From an uncultured Pseudomonadales bacterium (lineage in GTDB: Bacteria; Pseudomonadota; Gammaproteobacteria; Pseudomonadales; Azotimanducaceae): DNA of 64,000 nt. The first letter of the stretch is position 1, and each line of letters starts with the position of its first letter. The position numbers and the translations under genes are program-made. The stretch is taken from contig CAZEFI010000007.1 of the NCBI GenBank assembly GCA_964511425.1, positions 14,832-78,831 of the forward strand, written 5' to 3'. Of the stretch, positions 9,657 through 20,459 are shown in pieces. The notes under the pieces were generated by a model. The model was not told where the DNA came from. It made no database searches and saw only the letters and a list, made by a program, of their open reading frames with translations.

Positions 9657-12290
9657 TCATTCTAACTTTGCGTTCTCGAGCGATTGAGACTCATTAGATT
9701 TATCTATTTCGGTCTTACTCGTAAATCGAAAGTGACCTTCATTTACATCTACTAGGATGGTACTTGGTGGCGAAAACTCGCCGGCTAATAACTTCTTCGC
9801 TATTGGGTTTTCCAAATACTGTTGAATAGTTCGTTTAAGCGGTCGAGCCCCATATACCGGGTCAAAACCAGCTTTGCTTAAAAGATCGAGTGCTTCCTCA
9901 CAAACTTCGAGACTGAATCCTTGAACTTGAAAACGTTTTCTCAAATACTCTATCTGTATCGCGGCAATTGAACGAATATGATCAGCATTCAATGAGTGAA
10001 ACACGACCGCCTCATCAATTCGGTTCAGAAACTCTGGGCGAAAGTGTTGCGCTACAGTGCTCATCACACTCTCTCTGATCTGAGTAGGTGAACGTTCTGA
10101 ATCCGTTTGAAAAAGATCCGATCCTAGGTTTGAAGTCATGACGATAACGGTGTTCCGAAAATCTACTGTACGGCCTTGACCATCAGTCAGTCGACCATCT
10201 TCCAATACTTGCAGTAATATGTTGAATACATCCTGATGGGCTTTTTCGACCTCATCAAGTAGTAACACAGAATAAGGTTTGCGCCGTATTTTTTCTGTGA
10301 GATAACCTCCTTCGTCATAACCGACATATCCAGGAGGGGCACCAATCATACGTGCCACGGAGTGTTTTTCCATAAACTCGGACATGTCCAATCGAACAAG
10401 AGCACTTTCTGAGTCGAACAGAAATTCTGCTAAGGCTTTACATAATTCAGTTTTGCCAACTCCAGTTGGTCCGAGGAACAGGAACGAACCATTGGGACGT
10501 TGCTCTTCCGCGAGACCAGCTCTGCTACGTCGGATTGCGTTCGCGACTACATTTACTGCTTCATCTTGACCGACAACTCGACGGTGTAAAACTTTTTCTA
10601 AGCGAAGCAACTTTTCGCGTTCGCTCTCTAACATTCTCGCCACAGGGATTCCAGTCCACGCAGAGACAACTTCCGCGATTTCGTCTTCAGTTACTTTGGT
10701 TCTCAATAGTTTGAAGCTACCATTTTGTCCCTGAGGATCGACGGTTACCTGAGCGGCTTTTTCCAATTCTGGAATCTTTCCGTAGCGGAGCTCGGACATT
10801 CGGGCAAGATCACCTCGACGCTCTGCAGCTTCATATTCCATGCGAGCTGTTTCTAATTGTTCCTTGACTTGATGTGTGCTCGAAACTATTTCTTTTTCAG
10901 ACTGCAATACTTTATTCAACTCATTGAGTTCCTGCTCCGCGGTATTAATCGCTTCGTCTAGTTCCTCCAATCGTTTAACCGAACCATCATCAGTTTCTTG
11001 CTTAAGAGATTCTTGCTCCATCTTCATCTGAATTAACCGTCGATCTAGTCGATCAATCGTTTCAGGTTTGGAGTCTATTTCCATACGGATTCGACTTGCG
11101 GCTTCATCTACGAGATCAATCGCTTTGTCCGGGAGTTGTCGATCAGAGATATACCGGTGCGACAAAGTGGCTGCCGCTACTAAGGCCGGATCGGTAATTT
11201 CCACCCCATGGTGCACCTCGTACCTCTCGTTCAGTCCTCGTAAGATAGCAATCGTGTCTTCAACGGAAGGCTCGTCTAGCTGTACCCGTTGGAAGCGACG
11301 TTCTAAGGCTGCGTCTTTTTCAATGTATTTCCGGTATTCGTCTAGTGTCGTCGCACCGACACAACGCAGTTCACCTCGTGCAAGTGCTGGCTTGAGCATG
11401 TTACCTGCGTCCAGAGAACCTTCAGTTGACCCAGCACCGACCAACGTATGTAGTTCGTCAATGAAAAGGATGACTGAACCATCTTGATGTGCTAAGTCAT
11501 TCAGAAGAGCCTTCATGCGTTCCTCAAACTCGCCACGATACTTCGTGCCGGCTAACATTGCACCCATGTCCAGAGCGAGCACTCGCATGCGCTTCATACT
11601 CTCAGGTACGGTTTTATTTACGATTCGTTGGGCTAAGCCTTCGACAACCGCAGTTTTCCCTACGCCAGGTTCGCCAATCAATACTGGGTTGTTCTTCGTA
11701 CGACGTTGTAAGACCTGAAGAGTTCGTCGAATTTCATCATCGCGACCGATCACGGGGTCTAACTTCCCACTTTCTGCACGTTCAGTTAAATCGATGGTGT
11801 ATTTCTTTAACGCGTCTCGCTGCTCCTCCGCTCCAGGGTCAATTACTTTAGCTCCTTTACGAACACTTTCGATGGCAGATTTGAGAGCTTCTTTTTGAAC
11901 ACCCCATTTAAAGAGAATTTCGGAAATCTTGTCATTCACCTCGATGATTGCTAACAAAAACAATTCGCTCGCAATGTATGCATCTTCGTTCTTCTGAGCG
12001 AGTTTGTCCGTGGTGTTTAACACACGGGTTAGGGTGCGACTAGGTACGACCTCACCGTTGCCACCCGTAACCTGTGGTAAGGACTCGAGGTTCTTGTCGA
12101 TTTCTTCATTAATTCCCTTCATATTGCCGTCAGCAATCGCCAAGATGCTTGGAATGGTACCGTCTTTTTGTTTGAGCATGGCACCCAAAACGTGAACAGG
12201 TTCTAAAACTTGATGGTCGTGTTTCAATGCTAAGCTCTGCGCATCCTGGAGTGCCTGCTGGAATCCTAGAGTTAGTTTGTCAAATCTCAC
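9657..12290 (-). CDS. clpB: ATP-dependent chaperone / disaggregase ClpB
   Basis: 877 aa with two AAA+ modules (GEPGVGKT and GPTGVGKT Walker A), a long coiled-coil middle domain and an N-terminal Clp repeat. Confidence 0.95.
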   Translation of the reverse strand: MRFDKLTLGFQQALQDAQSLALKHDHQVLEPVHVLGAMLKQKDGTIPSILAIADGNMKGINEEIDKNLESLPQVTGGNGEVVPSRTLTRVLNTTDKLAQKNEDAYIASELFLLAIIEVNDKISEILFKWGVQKEALKSAIESVRKGAKVIDPGAEEQRDALKKYTIDLTERAESGKLDPVIGRDDEIRRTLQVLQRRTKNNPVLIGEPGVGKTAVVEGLAQRIVNKTVPESMKRMRVLALDMGAMLAGTKYRGEFEERMKALLNDLAHQDGSVILFIDELHTLVGAGSTEGSLDAGNMLKPALARGELRCVGATTLDEYRKYIEKDAALERRFQRVQLDEPSVEDTIAILRGLNERYEVHHGVEITDPALVAAATLSHRYISDRQLPDKAIDLVDEAASRIRMEIDSKPETIDRLDRRLIQMKMEQESLKQETDDGSVKRLEELDEAINTAEQELNELNKVLQSEKEIVSSTHQVKEQLETARMEYEAAERRGDLARMSELRYGKIPELEKAAQVTVDPQGQNGSFKLLRTKVTEDEIAEVVSAWTGIPVARMLESEREKLLRLEKVLHRRVVGQDEAVNVVANAIRRSRAGLAEEQRPNGSFLFLGPTGVGKTELCKALAEFLFDSESALVRLDMSEFMEKHSVARMIGAPPGYVGYDEGGYLTEKIRRKPYSVLLLDEVEKAHQDVFNILLQVLEDGRLTDGQGRTVDFRNTVIVMTSNLGSDLFQTDSERSPTQIRESVMSTVAQHFRPEFLNRIDEAVVFHSLNADHIRSIAAIQIEYLRKRFQVQGFSLEVCEEALDLLSKAGFDPVYGARPLKRTIQQYLENPIAKKLLAGEFSPPSTILVDVNEGHFRFTSKTEIDKSNESQSLENAKLE

Positions 12291-12328
12291 TTTCTGTCAC
12301 ATACTTGCAGTTGTTGCCATAAACAATA

Positions 12329-12356
12329 ACTAGGGGCAATTTTTGCAATCACAAGG
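12329..12356 (-). promoter_or_regulatory. Candidate sigma32 (heat-shock) promoter of clpB
   Basis: The minus strand reads CTTGTG - 13 nt - CCCCTAGT, against the consensus CTTGAA - 13/14 nt - CCCCATnT. It lies about 38 nt upstream of the clpB GTG. Confidence 0.4.
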
Positions 12357-12628
12357 AACAACAAGATTTGTTGTAGCAGAAATGCACGAAACAAGGTCGC
12401 GATGCAAAGCTCACTTTTGGACTGAATTTAGGTCATGGTGAAGAACGTTCTTTTCTCACCGGAAACAACAATATCAATTGATCACGTCACGGACGTTTTG
12501 AACGTTGATAGTGATAGATCGAACAATGCGACTACCCCTCGGAAGCGAAATCTCAATCGACCAATGATCGACTCTCAAAGTACCCATAGATTAACATAAC
12601 AGTAAGACCGTTTAACTAGACAACAAAG

Positions 12629-12655
12629 TGTTCCACGTGGAACATATGTACATAT
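12629..12655. repeat. Two abutting perfect palindromes: TGTTCCACGTGGAACA (16 bp) and ATATGTACATAT (12 bp)
   Basis: Read directly from the sequence, in the 500-bp clpB / large-ORF intergenic region, about 150 nt upstream of the 12797 start. Confidence 0.6.
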
Positions 12656-12796
12656 TAATTCCCTGTATAACGAGCTTCAAGAAAGTTCCACCATTCGCGA
12701 ATAAGAGATATTTGAAACCTACAGTCTGGAAATAGCCCATATTCCCACAAACCGACAGAGTTTCATCTCAATCTCTGCGCGCAGGTCAATGACCTT

Positions 12797-15700
12797 GTGC
12801 TCGTTCGTAACATCCTAGTCGTTGAAGGTAGGTCGGAGCATCTACAAGTGTTTAACGTTTTATTCAAGAATCACGTCAAATTAGTATTACAACAGTCCCT
12901 TTATTGGGGATCTGCACTGTTTGTGATCACTTTTGCCTTCGTTCTGTACAACTTGTACTTTGTCGATCAAGCCACGACTTTTTGGGAAGGTGAAACCTCT
13001 CCGCCAGCAAGGTACATGGTGATCTATTTGGGGGGAATTCCCCTTGTTCTCATGATGTTGGTTTCTTGTTTCCTAAGTATTCGAACACTCGCCAAAGATT
13101 CCCATTCTCGGATCGAAGAAGTATTGCTAACAAAACCGTTTGGAAACCTTGTTCACGCTCTGAGCGCGACTCTCGCTTCAACGCTACTGTGTGCACTTCC
13201 GATCATCGGCTTCATTTTCGGTGTGTACCTAGTAACACTTACACAAGGATGGTTCAATGCCGATGTCGCTGAACCGTTTGAATTCGTGAGTGTGAGCGTT
13301 TTTTTGTGCTTTACCACGATTGTTTCGCTCAACTTTGTTAGTTTACTTTGTTATTACGTTTACGCGACTTTTAAAGTTGCAATTCTGGGTCTCCTCGCGA
13401 GTGCAGCGATAGTCATTCTCGCTATCTACTTATTCACCCGTGTCTCGTTTAACCAGTTCGTCTTCTTTGAATTTTTACCCCTTGTTGGAGATGTAGCCTC
13501 AGACATGATTGGGAATAAGCTCAAATTCCTCGATTACACTCGGTTTATCCTCTTTCTTTGCCTGGGTGCGACATTGACCGTCGGCGCAACCTGGTTGAAA
13601 TCGCGGCGCGATGAGCAAGAAAGAATCCGTGCGATATTAATCGGACACTTTGGTGCGATCACCTGCATAAGTTTCTCGATCTTACTCGCGAGCTGGTTCA
13701 ATCACTCGTCGAACGAAAGTAGTTGGAAACGGCATCTTATACATGGTACGGACGGCATGACATTGGATTTTCAGCGCATAACCGGACGAGTTGACCTAAG
13801 ACCCGGAAAAGCTATGGAAGCTGAGATCACCATCATTGGGACTTCGACAGACAACATTGCACCAAGAGATGAGTTAGTGTTCTGGCTCAACCCTGGTTTC
13901 AAAGTTAATTGGGTTCAGGATGATGGTGGGGACCTTCCATTTGCACGAGATGGGAGCAGTCTCCGCGTGACTTTACGTCGAGGGATAGATCCCGGCGAAA
14001 GTGTGGAAATCACCATTCAATATCGAGGAAAACCCAACACCCTATACGGATATCACGACAGTGCTCTCGATGTAGAAAAAGTACCTTTTTGGGACCAATT
14101 AATCTCCTATTATGGAATGAGTGCTAGCGTCTTTGATCGAAAGTACGTCGCGTTGCCCCATGCAACACATTGGCTACCGACTTCGACCATGCAGTCAACA
14201 CTGGGTGCCGGCAGCATCGACTTCACAGAAGCAAATTTGTCCATTACGGTACCGAAAAATTGGGTGACTACATTGACCGGGAACGTTACCACACAAGAAC
14301 TTAGCTCGACCGACGAAAGATTACGCGCGCTCCGATTTACCTCTCGATCACCAATGGCTGGTATTAGTTTGTATGCGAGTGATATGAACAAATATGCGAC
14401 CTACCTAGATCCCATTGATCTGTCGTTGGAACTGTACGCTTCGGATCGACACCTACGTTCATATCAAACCAAGGAAGACAACGAGAAATACTTGCCAGTC
14501 TTCAAATCATGGTTGATCGACAAGATTGAGGAGGCACGAGCCTTAGGGTATTCCTTCCCTTGTGATTCCTATCGTTTAATAGCAGTACCGAGTAACCTGC
14601 GACTTTACGGTGGAGGAAGTTTGATGAACTCTACTATGACGGAACCGTGCACGTATTTAATTCGAGAGCACGGTGCTATTGCATCAAACCCGAGACCCAT
14701 CCCGAAATTTAGAGGGGAAGATTTCGACTATACACCCATGTATCGAAATCAACTTGAAAGCTACTTCGACTCACGGCACAATGGTGAGAACTTAGCTCTC
14801 AGCTTACCCAACCATTACTTCGAATTTCAAACAGGAATTGTAGGATCTGAAGGGTTGTTCTTGAAGAAGATATTGTCCTACCTTCACAATCACACATGGT
14901 CTCGGGTACCACCTAATCCCACACCCTATTCACCGAGCGTTTTCTTTCCTCGCGCGATGCAAGTTAGAAGAATATCGCCGAAAGCAGAGTTTCTAGCTGA
15001 CTTTCACGGTATGGTGCAGCAGATGGACGAAGCTACACTGCAAATGGTCTTAGGAAACGAGTTGTCTATGCGAAAATCCTTGACCACCTATGTCAAACGA
15101 TACACTAGACATATCGATCAAACGGGAGTGGTTTTCAGACGCTTCTTGGAAAGCGACGCAGTAGTAAATATAGCTGTTCACAATAGCTTGCAAACTCTCA
15201 CAAATCTCGAACCCAACGCCCTAAGACAAGAAGCGATTCGACTACGCTGTATAGCACTAGCAGAGAAAATATATACGATTCTTGGCCGGGCGGACTCGAG
15301 GTTACTCTTGCAAGAAATTTCAAACATATTTCAATATCAAAACATTAATGTATCCGATGTATTCGACATCGCTGATTCGCTTGATCTACCCGTGAGAGAA
15401 ATCATGGCTGGATGGTTTGATGAAACTGAGCAATTTCATTTTTCGTTTTCTCCAGCAACGTATTCACAACACATAAATCCGGATACCCAAAAAACTTACT
15501 ACCAAATTAGATTTGCTGTTGCCAATTCGGGAAGCACCACGGGAGTGTTTCACTCGAGTCTCCGCGTTGCTCCCCCGGCAACCGAGTCTGGTTTCTCAAT
15601 GAGTTCAGGGGAAGATCGAGAACTTTGGTTAACAAATTTGAACAATTCGGTTTACGACAGAGGACCACGCCTATTAATCCCAGCTGGCTCAAGCCGGGAA

Positions 15701-16372
15701 GTTGGGATCGTAACATCACGCGTTCCTTACCGAGTGAATCTCTCGTCATCCGATGTATCGTTCGTGAATGAGGTCAGTTTATTGGTGCAACTCGAATCTC
15801 CGGTCGGAGATCTAGCGGAGCAAGATCCACTCGAAGGTACGTGGCCAAGTACTTGGGCACCGGAACCAATTCATGGCGTTGTCATCGACGATGTCGATTT
15901 ACCTGTCCAGCACGTTGACGATGGAATTATCTCCTACGATAAAAATTTGGAAATTTTTGACTTCGGTGGTGCGTGGGGTACCTCACGAAAGTCTTTCGTT
16001 TATACAGAAAATTTGAAGAAAGCGAAAGTGTTCTTGGAATCTGAGCTACCTGCCAGAGATAAGTGGCAAATCGAGTTCCACGTCCCAGATATTCGTGGTG
16101 CTCAAAACATCGGACACCGGAAAAGACGGATGATGGTATCGGGACGAACGTACTTCCGAGGCAAGTTCGAGGGAGGGTACGAAATAGAGATCTCAAACGG
16201 TGATCAAAAAGAGACGTTTGAGACTGAAGTGTACAAAAGCGACTACGGTTGGCACACAATCGGGCGTGCGGAACTTACGGCTGGATCCGTAGATGTCACC
16301 ATCAAACCAAAGCTAGGGACAGAACAACTCTTTTTCGATGCTATGCGGTTTGTGCGCGCTAGTGAAGAGTAG
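12797..16372 (+). CDS. Large polytopic membrane protein of unknown function (about 7 N-terminal TM helices plus an extracytoplasmic part of about 880 aa)
   Basis: 1191-aa uninterrupted ORF with a GTG start. There are hydrophobic helices in the first 300 aa or so. No HEXXH motif is present. The C-terminal GWHTIGRAEL...LFFDAMRFV resembles a beta-sandwich binding module. Confidence 0.6.
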   Translation: MLVRNILVVEGRSEHLQVFNVLFKNHVKLVLQQSLYWGSALFVITFAFVLYNLYFVDQATTFWEGETSPPARYMVIYLGGIPLVLMMLVSCFLSIRTLAKDSHSRIEEVLLTKPFGNLVHALSATLASTLLCALPIIGFIFGVYLVTLTQGWFNADVAEPFEFVSVSVFLCFTTIVSLNFVSLLCYYVYATFKVAILGLLASAAIVILAIYLFTRVSFNQFVFFEFLPLVGDVASDMIGNKLKFLDYTRFILFLCLGATLTVGATWLKSRRDEQERIRAILIGHFGAITCISFSILLASWFNHSSNESSWKRHLIHGTDGMTLDFQRITGRVDLRPGKAMEAEITIIGTSTDNIAPRDELVFWLNPGFKVNWVQDDGGDLPFARDGSSLRVTLRRGIDPGESVEITIQYRGKPNTLYGYHDSALDVEKVPFWDQLISYYGMSASVFDRKYVALPHATHWLPTSTMQSTLGAGSIDFTEANLSITVPKNWVTTLTGNVTTQELSSTDERLRALRFTSRSPMAGISLYASDMNKYATYLDPIDLSLELYASDRHLRSYQTKEDNEKYLPVFKSWLIDKIEEARALGYSFPCDSYRLIAVPSNLRLYGGGSLMNSTMTEPCTYLIREHGAIASNPRPIPKFRGEDFDYTPMYRNQLESYFDSRHNGENLALSLPNHYFEFQTGIVGSEGLFLKKILSYLHNHTWSRVPPNPTPYSPSVFFPRAMQVRRISPKAEFLADFHGMVQQMDEATLQMVLGNELSMRKSLTTYVKRYTRHIDQTGVVFRRFLESDAVVNIAVHNSLQTLTNLEPNALRQEAIRLRCIALAEKIYTILGRADSRLLLQEISNIFQYQNINVSDVFDIADSLDLPVREIMAGWFDETEQFHFSFSPATYSQHINPDTQKTYYQIRFAVANSGSTTGVFHSSLRVAPPATESGFSMSSGEDRELWLTNLNNSVYDRGPRLLIPAGSSREVGIVTSRVPYRVNLSSSDVSFVNEVSLLVQLESPVGDLAEQDPLEGTWPSTWAPEPIHGVVIDDVDLPVQHVDDGIISYDKNLEIFDFGGAWGTSRKSFVYTENLKKAKVFLESELPARDKWQIEFHVPDIRGAQNIGHRKRRMMVSGRTYFRGKFEGGYEIEISNGDQKETFETEVYKSDYGWHTIGRAELTAGSVDVTIKPKLGTEQLFFDAMRFVRASEE

Positions 16373-16612
16373 GCGTGCCCAGTGAATTTTTCGACCATGA
16401 GAGTTGAGAGGTTGAAACACGGCACAGAAAAAGAGTTTCTTGATATGCTCTCTCACAAAGTCGCGACGATCTGAACCTATAGAGATCGATCGCGAGCAAA
16501 ATGAACGTATCGCTATAGGTAGGGGTAGTTGCTCTCCATGGCACTTTTGCGTGCTAACTTTAAGACTTTACTCTGACACTTAGTCTTCGGAAAGTCTGTT
16601 TCTGAATAGTCG

Positions 16613-17050
16613 TTATTTGGGTTCGATATCTAATATGGTCGATGAACCACCGACAATTTGTACACGCGTTCCTTTCGGGATCGCAGTATCAGAACGTACC
16701 GACCACCGAGTATCGCCAATTTGCGTGCTGATTTGCCCAGGGCTGCTCAATGCATCTTCCATGACAAATTCGGTACCCACCATACTTCCGACTTTGTCAT
16801 GCCACTCAACATCCTTCTTGGGATCGGTTGTACGAAAGAATTTGTAGTAAATGAAGGTTGCGGTGGTCGCAGTGATTGCAAAGATGACAATCTGTACGAT
16901 AGCATCCAAATTTGGAAAGATGAAAGCAACGACTGCCATCGCAATTCCCGCAACAGCAATTCCTAATAGAAATCCACCAGCTCCTAGAACTTCTGCTACC
17001 CCAAAAACCAATCCGACTCCTAACCAAATAAGAGCCCACATATTGTTCAT
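16613..17050 (-). CDS. NfeD-family membrane protein
   Basis: 145 aa with hydrophobic N-terminal helices and a C-terminal OB-like soluble domain. It overlaps the upstream SPFH gene by 4 nt, the classical NfeD/stomatin operon arrangement. Confidence 0.75.
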   Translation of the reverse strand: MNNMWALIWLGVGLVFGVAEVLGAGGFLLGIAVAGIAMAVVAFIFPNLDAIVQIVIFAITATTATFIYYKFFRTTDPKKDVEWHDKVGSMVGTEFVMEDALSSPGQISTQIGDTRWSVRSDTAIPKGTRVQIVGGSSTILDIEPK

Positions 17051-17991
17051 CGTCGTATTCCTCCTTGCGAAGAGTCGTCTCGTGAAATCTCTTTAACGAT
17101 TTCGCTAATCCCTGCAATCGAACCGATTACGTTGGCTGCTTCCAACGGAATCATCATGACTTTATTGTTTTGAGAAGTTGCAAGTTGCCCGAGTGCATCA
17201 ACATACTTCTGCGCCACGAAGTAATTTATCGCTTGGTTATCACCCTGAGCGATCGCTTCAGACACCATCCGAGTCGCGTTTGCTTCGGCTTCCGCTAGCC
17301 TTTCCCGTGCTTCAGCTTCCCGTCGAGCTGCTTCCAACTCTCCATCTGCTTCAAGAATGGCTGACTGCTTTTGCCCTTCAGCGACTTGGATTGCCGCTTC
17401 GCGCTCTCCTTCCGCTTCCAATATCTGAGCTCGCTTCTCTCGCTCAGCCTTCATTTGTCGTCCCATGGCTTCTACCAAGTCGGCCGGTGGGGCTACATCG
17501 CGAATTTCGATGCGCGTAACTTTGGTACCCCACGGATCGGTCGCTTGATCAACTTTTTTCAGTAGTTCCACATTAATTCGATCTCGATTCGATAGGATTT
17601 CATCAAGTTCCATTGAACCGAGAACCGCACGGATGTTAGTCATTACAAGATTCTTAGTTGCAAGCTCTAGGTTCGAAATTTGGTATGCGGCCTTAGCCGC
17701 GTCGAGCACCTGATAAAAACAAATTGCATCACAGGTTACCAGTGCATTGTCCGAGGAAATCACATCCTGAGCTGCAATGTCTAGGACTTGTTCCATCATG
17801 TTGAATTTCAGTCCAACTGCCTCAACGACCGGCGTAAGCAGATTCAGTCCAGGCGTTATCGTTCGAGTGTACTTACCAAAGCGCTCAACCGTCCAATGAA
17901 ATCCTTGAGGTACTATGCGAATGGCTCGCAGAATCACTACAAGGGCGAATAACAAAATTAAACCGACGACAACGGCGATTACTACTTCCAT
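17047..17991 (-). CDS. SPFH/band-7 (stomatin-like, QmcA-type) protein
   Basis: 314 aa with an N-terminal TM anchor, an SPFH core (RIVPQG...ERFGKY...) and an Ala/Glu-rich coiled coil. Confidence 0.85.
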   Translation of the reverse strand: MEVVIAVVVGLILLFALVVILRAIRIVPQGFHWTVERFGKYTRTITPGLNLLTPVVEAVGLKFNMMEQVLDIAAQDVISSDNALVTCDAICFYQVLDAAKAAYQISNLELATKNLVMTNIRAVLGSMELDEILSNRDRINVELLKKVDQATDPWGTKVTRIEIRDVAPPADLVEAMGRQMKAEREKRAQILEAEGEREAAIQVAEGQKQSAILEADGELEAARREAEARERLAEAEANATRMVSEAIAQGDNQAINYFVAQKYVDALGQLATSQNNKVMMIPLEAANVIGSIAGISEIVKEISRDDSSQGGIRR

Positions 17992-18048
17992 ATCAGCACT
18001 CCTACCATATGGTTAAAAGAAAAGCAAAAATCGTGCCCAGCATTGTAT

Positions 18049-19245
18049 TCAACCTCCCGACGGTACCTCTTCAAAGGGAATACCTTTATCGACACGCACA
18101 TCTTGCGGTAATCCTAAAACACGTTCCGCTAGTATATTGAGCATGATTTCATCCGTACCACCGGCGATGCGATATCCGGGTGAATTTAAAAACGCGTCAA
18201 AGTATTTCGCGCGTTCAACATTTGCAAGCATCCCAGCCAGTTCCAATAAATCCAAAGCGAATGAGGCCATATCCTGAACTTTTGAAGCACCAACGAGCTT
18301 GCCGATAGAGTGCTCAGGACCCGGAGTTTCACCGCGTGAAAGAGCAGTAAGAGCACGATATTCTGTGTAGCGCAAACCGCTCTCTTGACAATACCAGTTT
18401 GCCAGCGCACTTCGAACTTGTGAATCGTCAATCGCGGGACGACCATCTATAGTTAAACGACTCGCAAGATTGAAGACACTCTTGAACGCAACATTACCAT
18501 CTCCCGATCCTAATTCTGCCCGTTCATTCATCAAAGTCGTGAGTGCAACTTGCCAACCTTGGCCTACCGCCCCTAATCGATGCGTGTCTGGTACTTGTAC
18601 GTTTCGGAAAAAAACTTCGTTGAAATTTGAAGCCCCGGATATTTGTTTGATCGGTTTAACGTCAATTCCGGGAGACTTCATGTCGAGGACGAAATAAGTC
18701 AATCCCTCATGCTTGGGTACAGTGGGATTGGTTCGTACGACAAGGATTCCGAAATCACTGTAATGTGCGCCTGAAGTCCATATTTTTTGCCCATTCAAAA
18801 CCCAGTTCTGTCCGTCTCGGATCGCACGTGAATTTATTCCAGCAAGATCGGAACCGGCTGAAGGTTCGCTAAACAATTGACACCAAATGTGTTCCCCCGA
18901 GGCTAGCGCAGGTAAGTATTGCCGCTTTTGGTCGCTAGTTGCCCAATCCATTAAGGTCGGTGCCACCATCCCTATCCCGATGTCAAATATACCGGAGGGT
19001 ACGTTCCGCTTTGATTCCTCCTGTCGCCAAATTACCTGTTCAATTACAGAAGCGTTTCGACCGCCAAATTCTTCTGGCCAACGAATGCATGCCCAACCCG
19101 CATCATATTTCCTTCGTTGCCAAAGCTTACACCGCTGTATCTCATCCAATCCCGCTAGTTCATACTTGGTTGGCTCATTGTTTTGCAACCAACTTCGAAC
19201 TTCTTGCCGAAATCTAGCTTCTGTCGGTGTGTCGTTGAAATCCAA
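18049..19245 (-). CDS. Acyl-CoA dehydrogenase family protein
   Basis: 398 aa. ACAD N-terminal, middle and C-terminal pattern (FSEPSAGSDLAG, QKIWTSGA, IAGGTDEI). Confidence 0.85.
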   Translation of the reverse strand: MDFNDTPTEARFRQEVRSWLQNNEPTKYELAGLDEIQRCKLWQRRKYDAGWACIRWPEEFGGRNASVIEQVIWRQEESKRNVPSGIFDIGIGMVAPTLMDWATSDQKRQYLPALASGEHIWCQLFSEPSAGSDLAGINSRAIRDGQNWVLNGQKIWTSGAHYSDFGILVVRTNPTVPKHEGLTYFVLDMKSPGIDVKPIKQISGASNFNEVFFRNVQVPDTHRLGAVGQGWQVALTTLMNERAELGSGDGNVAFKSVFNLASRLTIDGRPAIDDSQVRSALANWYCQESGLRYTEYRALTALSRGETPGPEHSIGKLVGASKVQDMASFALDLLELAGMLANVERAKYFDAFLNSPGYRIAGGTDEIMLNILAERVLGLPQDVRVDKGIPFEEVPSGG

Positions 19246-19271
19246 TTGTCGTATCTCTTAACGTAAAACCT

Positions 19272-20387
19272 TTATGCAGCTCTATTTCGTCGTTCATGAG
19301 CGGTTATCAAGCGATCTTGCCACCATTGTTCGCTGCCTATGTTCAAGGACAGTAGTTTAGATCTCCGGTAGTACAAGTGACAGTCGAACTCCCACGTAAA
19401 GCCCATCCCGCCATGTGTTTGAATATTCTCTTTAGTCGTGTAGCTAAATGCTTGGATCGCGCTCACCCGACAAGTCGCCGCGGCAAGAGGTAAATCTGCA
19501 TGATTTCCAGCAAGAGCCCACGTTCCCCAATAACAATTCGAACGAGCTAACGTGTGCTTCACGTACATCTGCGCTAGTCTGTTTTTGATCGTCTGAAAGC
19601 TACCTATTGGCCGACCAAAAGCATAACGAGACTTGGCGTATTCGATGGCTTGTGTCAGCGCGCTTTCAGTTCCTCCAACCTGTTCCCAGGCGAACATAAC
19701 AGCTGCTCGATCAAGCACATCGTTAACCTGCTCCCAACCACGTCCCACTACGCCGATTAACTCAGCTGACGACGTATCGAATTTCAGATTAGCGTGGGAT
19801 CGCGACGGGTCAATAGTCTCAACAGACTCGCTTACGAGATCACGAGATTCGACACTGTAGAGACTCAAACCTTTGTCCTCATCAGAACGAGCTAGAACCA
19901 TCACTAAATCTGCAATGTCTCCGTCCGGTACGGCAATTTTTTTGCCCGTAAGCTTCCCGTTCCGTGCGACGGTTTGCACATTCTGAGGTGTCGGTCTACC
20001 AAGATCCTCAGCGAGAGCTAAAGTACCAATCACTTCTCCCGACGCTAACCTTGGCAACCATTCCCTTCGTTGCGCCGGAGATCCATTTCGCAACAAAAGC
20101 TCAGCAGCTAAGTACACTGACGACGCGAACGGGACCGGAGCGAGAGCACGACCAAGTTCTTCTGCAATGACCGCGAGTTCGTAGTAACTAAGACCTAAAC
20201 CTTCATATTCTTCGGGAATTACGGTAGCTAACCAGCCAAGATCAGATATTTTTTTCCACAATTCCTTATCAAAAGGTTCGTTCCCTTCTAAAATTCTCCG
20301 AACCGCAGTAGTTGAACATTCCTGGGTAAGGAAAGCACGAGCTTGTCCTCTGAGCAATTCCTGTTCTTTAGAGAATTCGAAGTTCAA
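19272..20387 (-). CDS. Acyl-CoA dehydrogenase family protein (possibly a non-catalytic partner subunit)
   Basis: 371 aa with an ACAD-like fold pattern (AFGRPIGSFQ, HGGMGFTWE). It lies immediately upstream of the second ACAD gene. Confidence 0.75.
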   Translation of the reverse strand: MNFEFSKEQELLRGQARAFLTQECSTTAVRRILEGNEPFDKELWKKISDLGWLATVIPEEYEGLGLSYYELAVIAEELGRALAPVPFASSVYLAAELLLRNGSPAQRREWLPRLASGEVIGTLALAEDLGRPTPQNVQTVARNGKLTGKKIAVPDGDIADLVMVLARSDEDKGLSLYSVESRDLVSESVETIDPSRSHANLKFDTSSAELIGVVGRGWEQVNDVLDRAAVMFAWEQVGGTESALTQAIEYAKSRYAFGRPIGSFQTIKNRLAQMYVKHTLARSNCYWGTWALAGNHADLPLAAATCRVSAIQAFSYTTKENIQTHGGMGFTWEFDCHLYYRRSKLLSLNIGSEQWWQDRLITAHERRNRAA

Positions 20388-20459
20388 GATACGGCGACGA
20401 TAATAAGTTCAGAGTAGCAAAATATGAGAAGATTTTAGTGTCCCGGGTACGTTTGCAAC

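Noticed and set aside
12420-12450. Palindrome AGAACGTTCT within GGTGAAGAACGTTCTTTTCTCACC, considered as a terminator or small-RNA hairpin
   Set aside because: The stem is imperfect, it does not lie downstream of any gene end, and no U-tract context is convincing.
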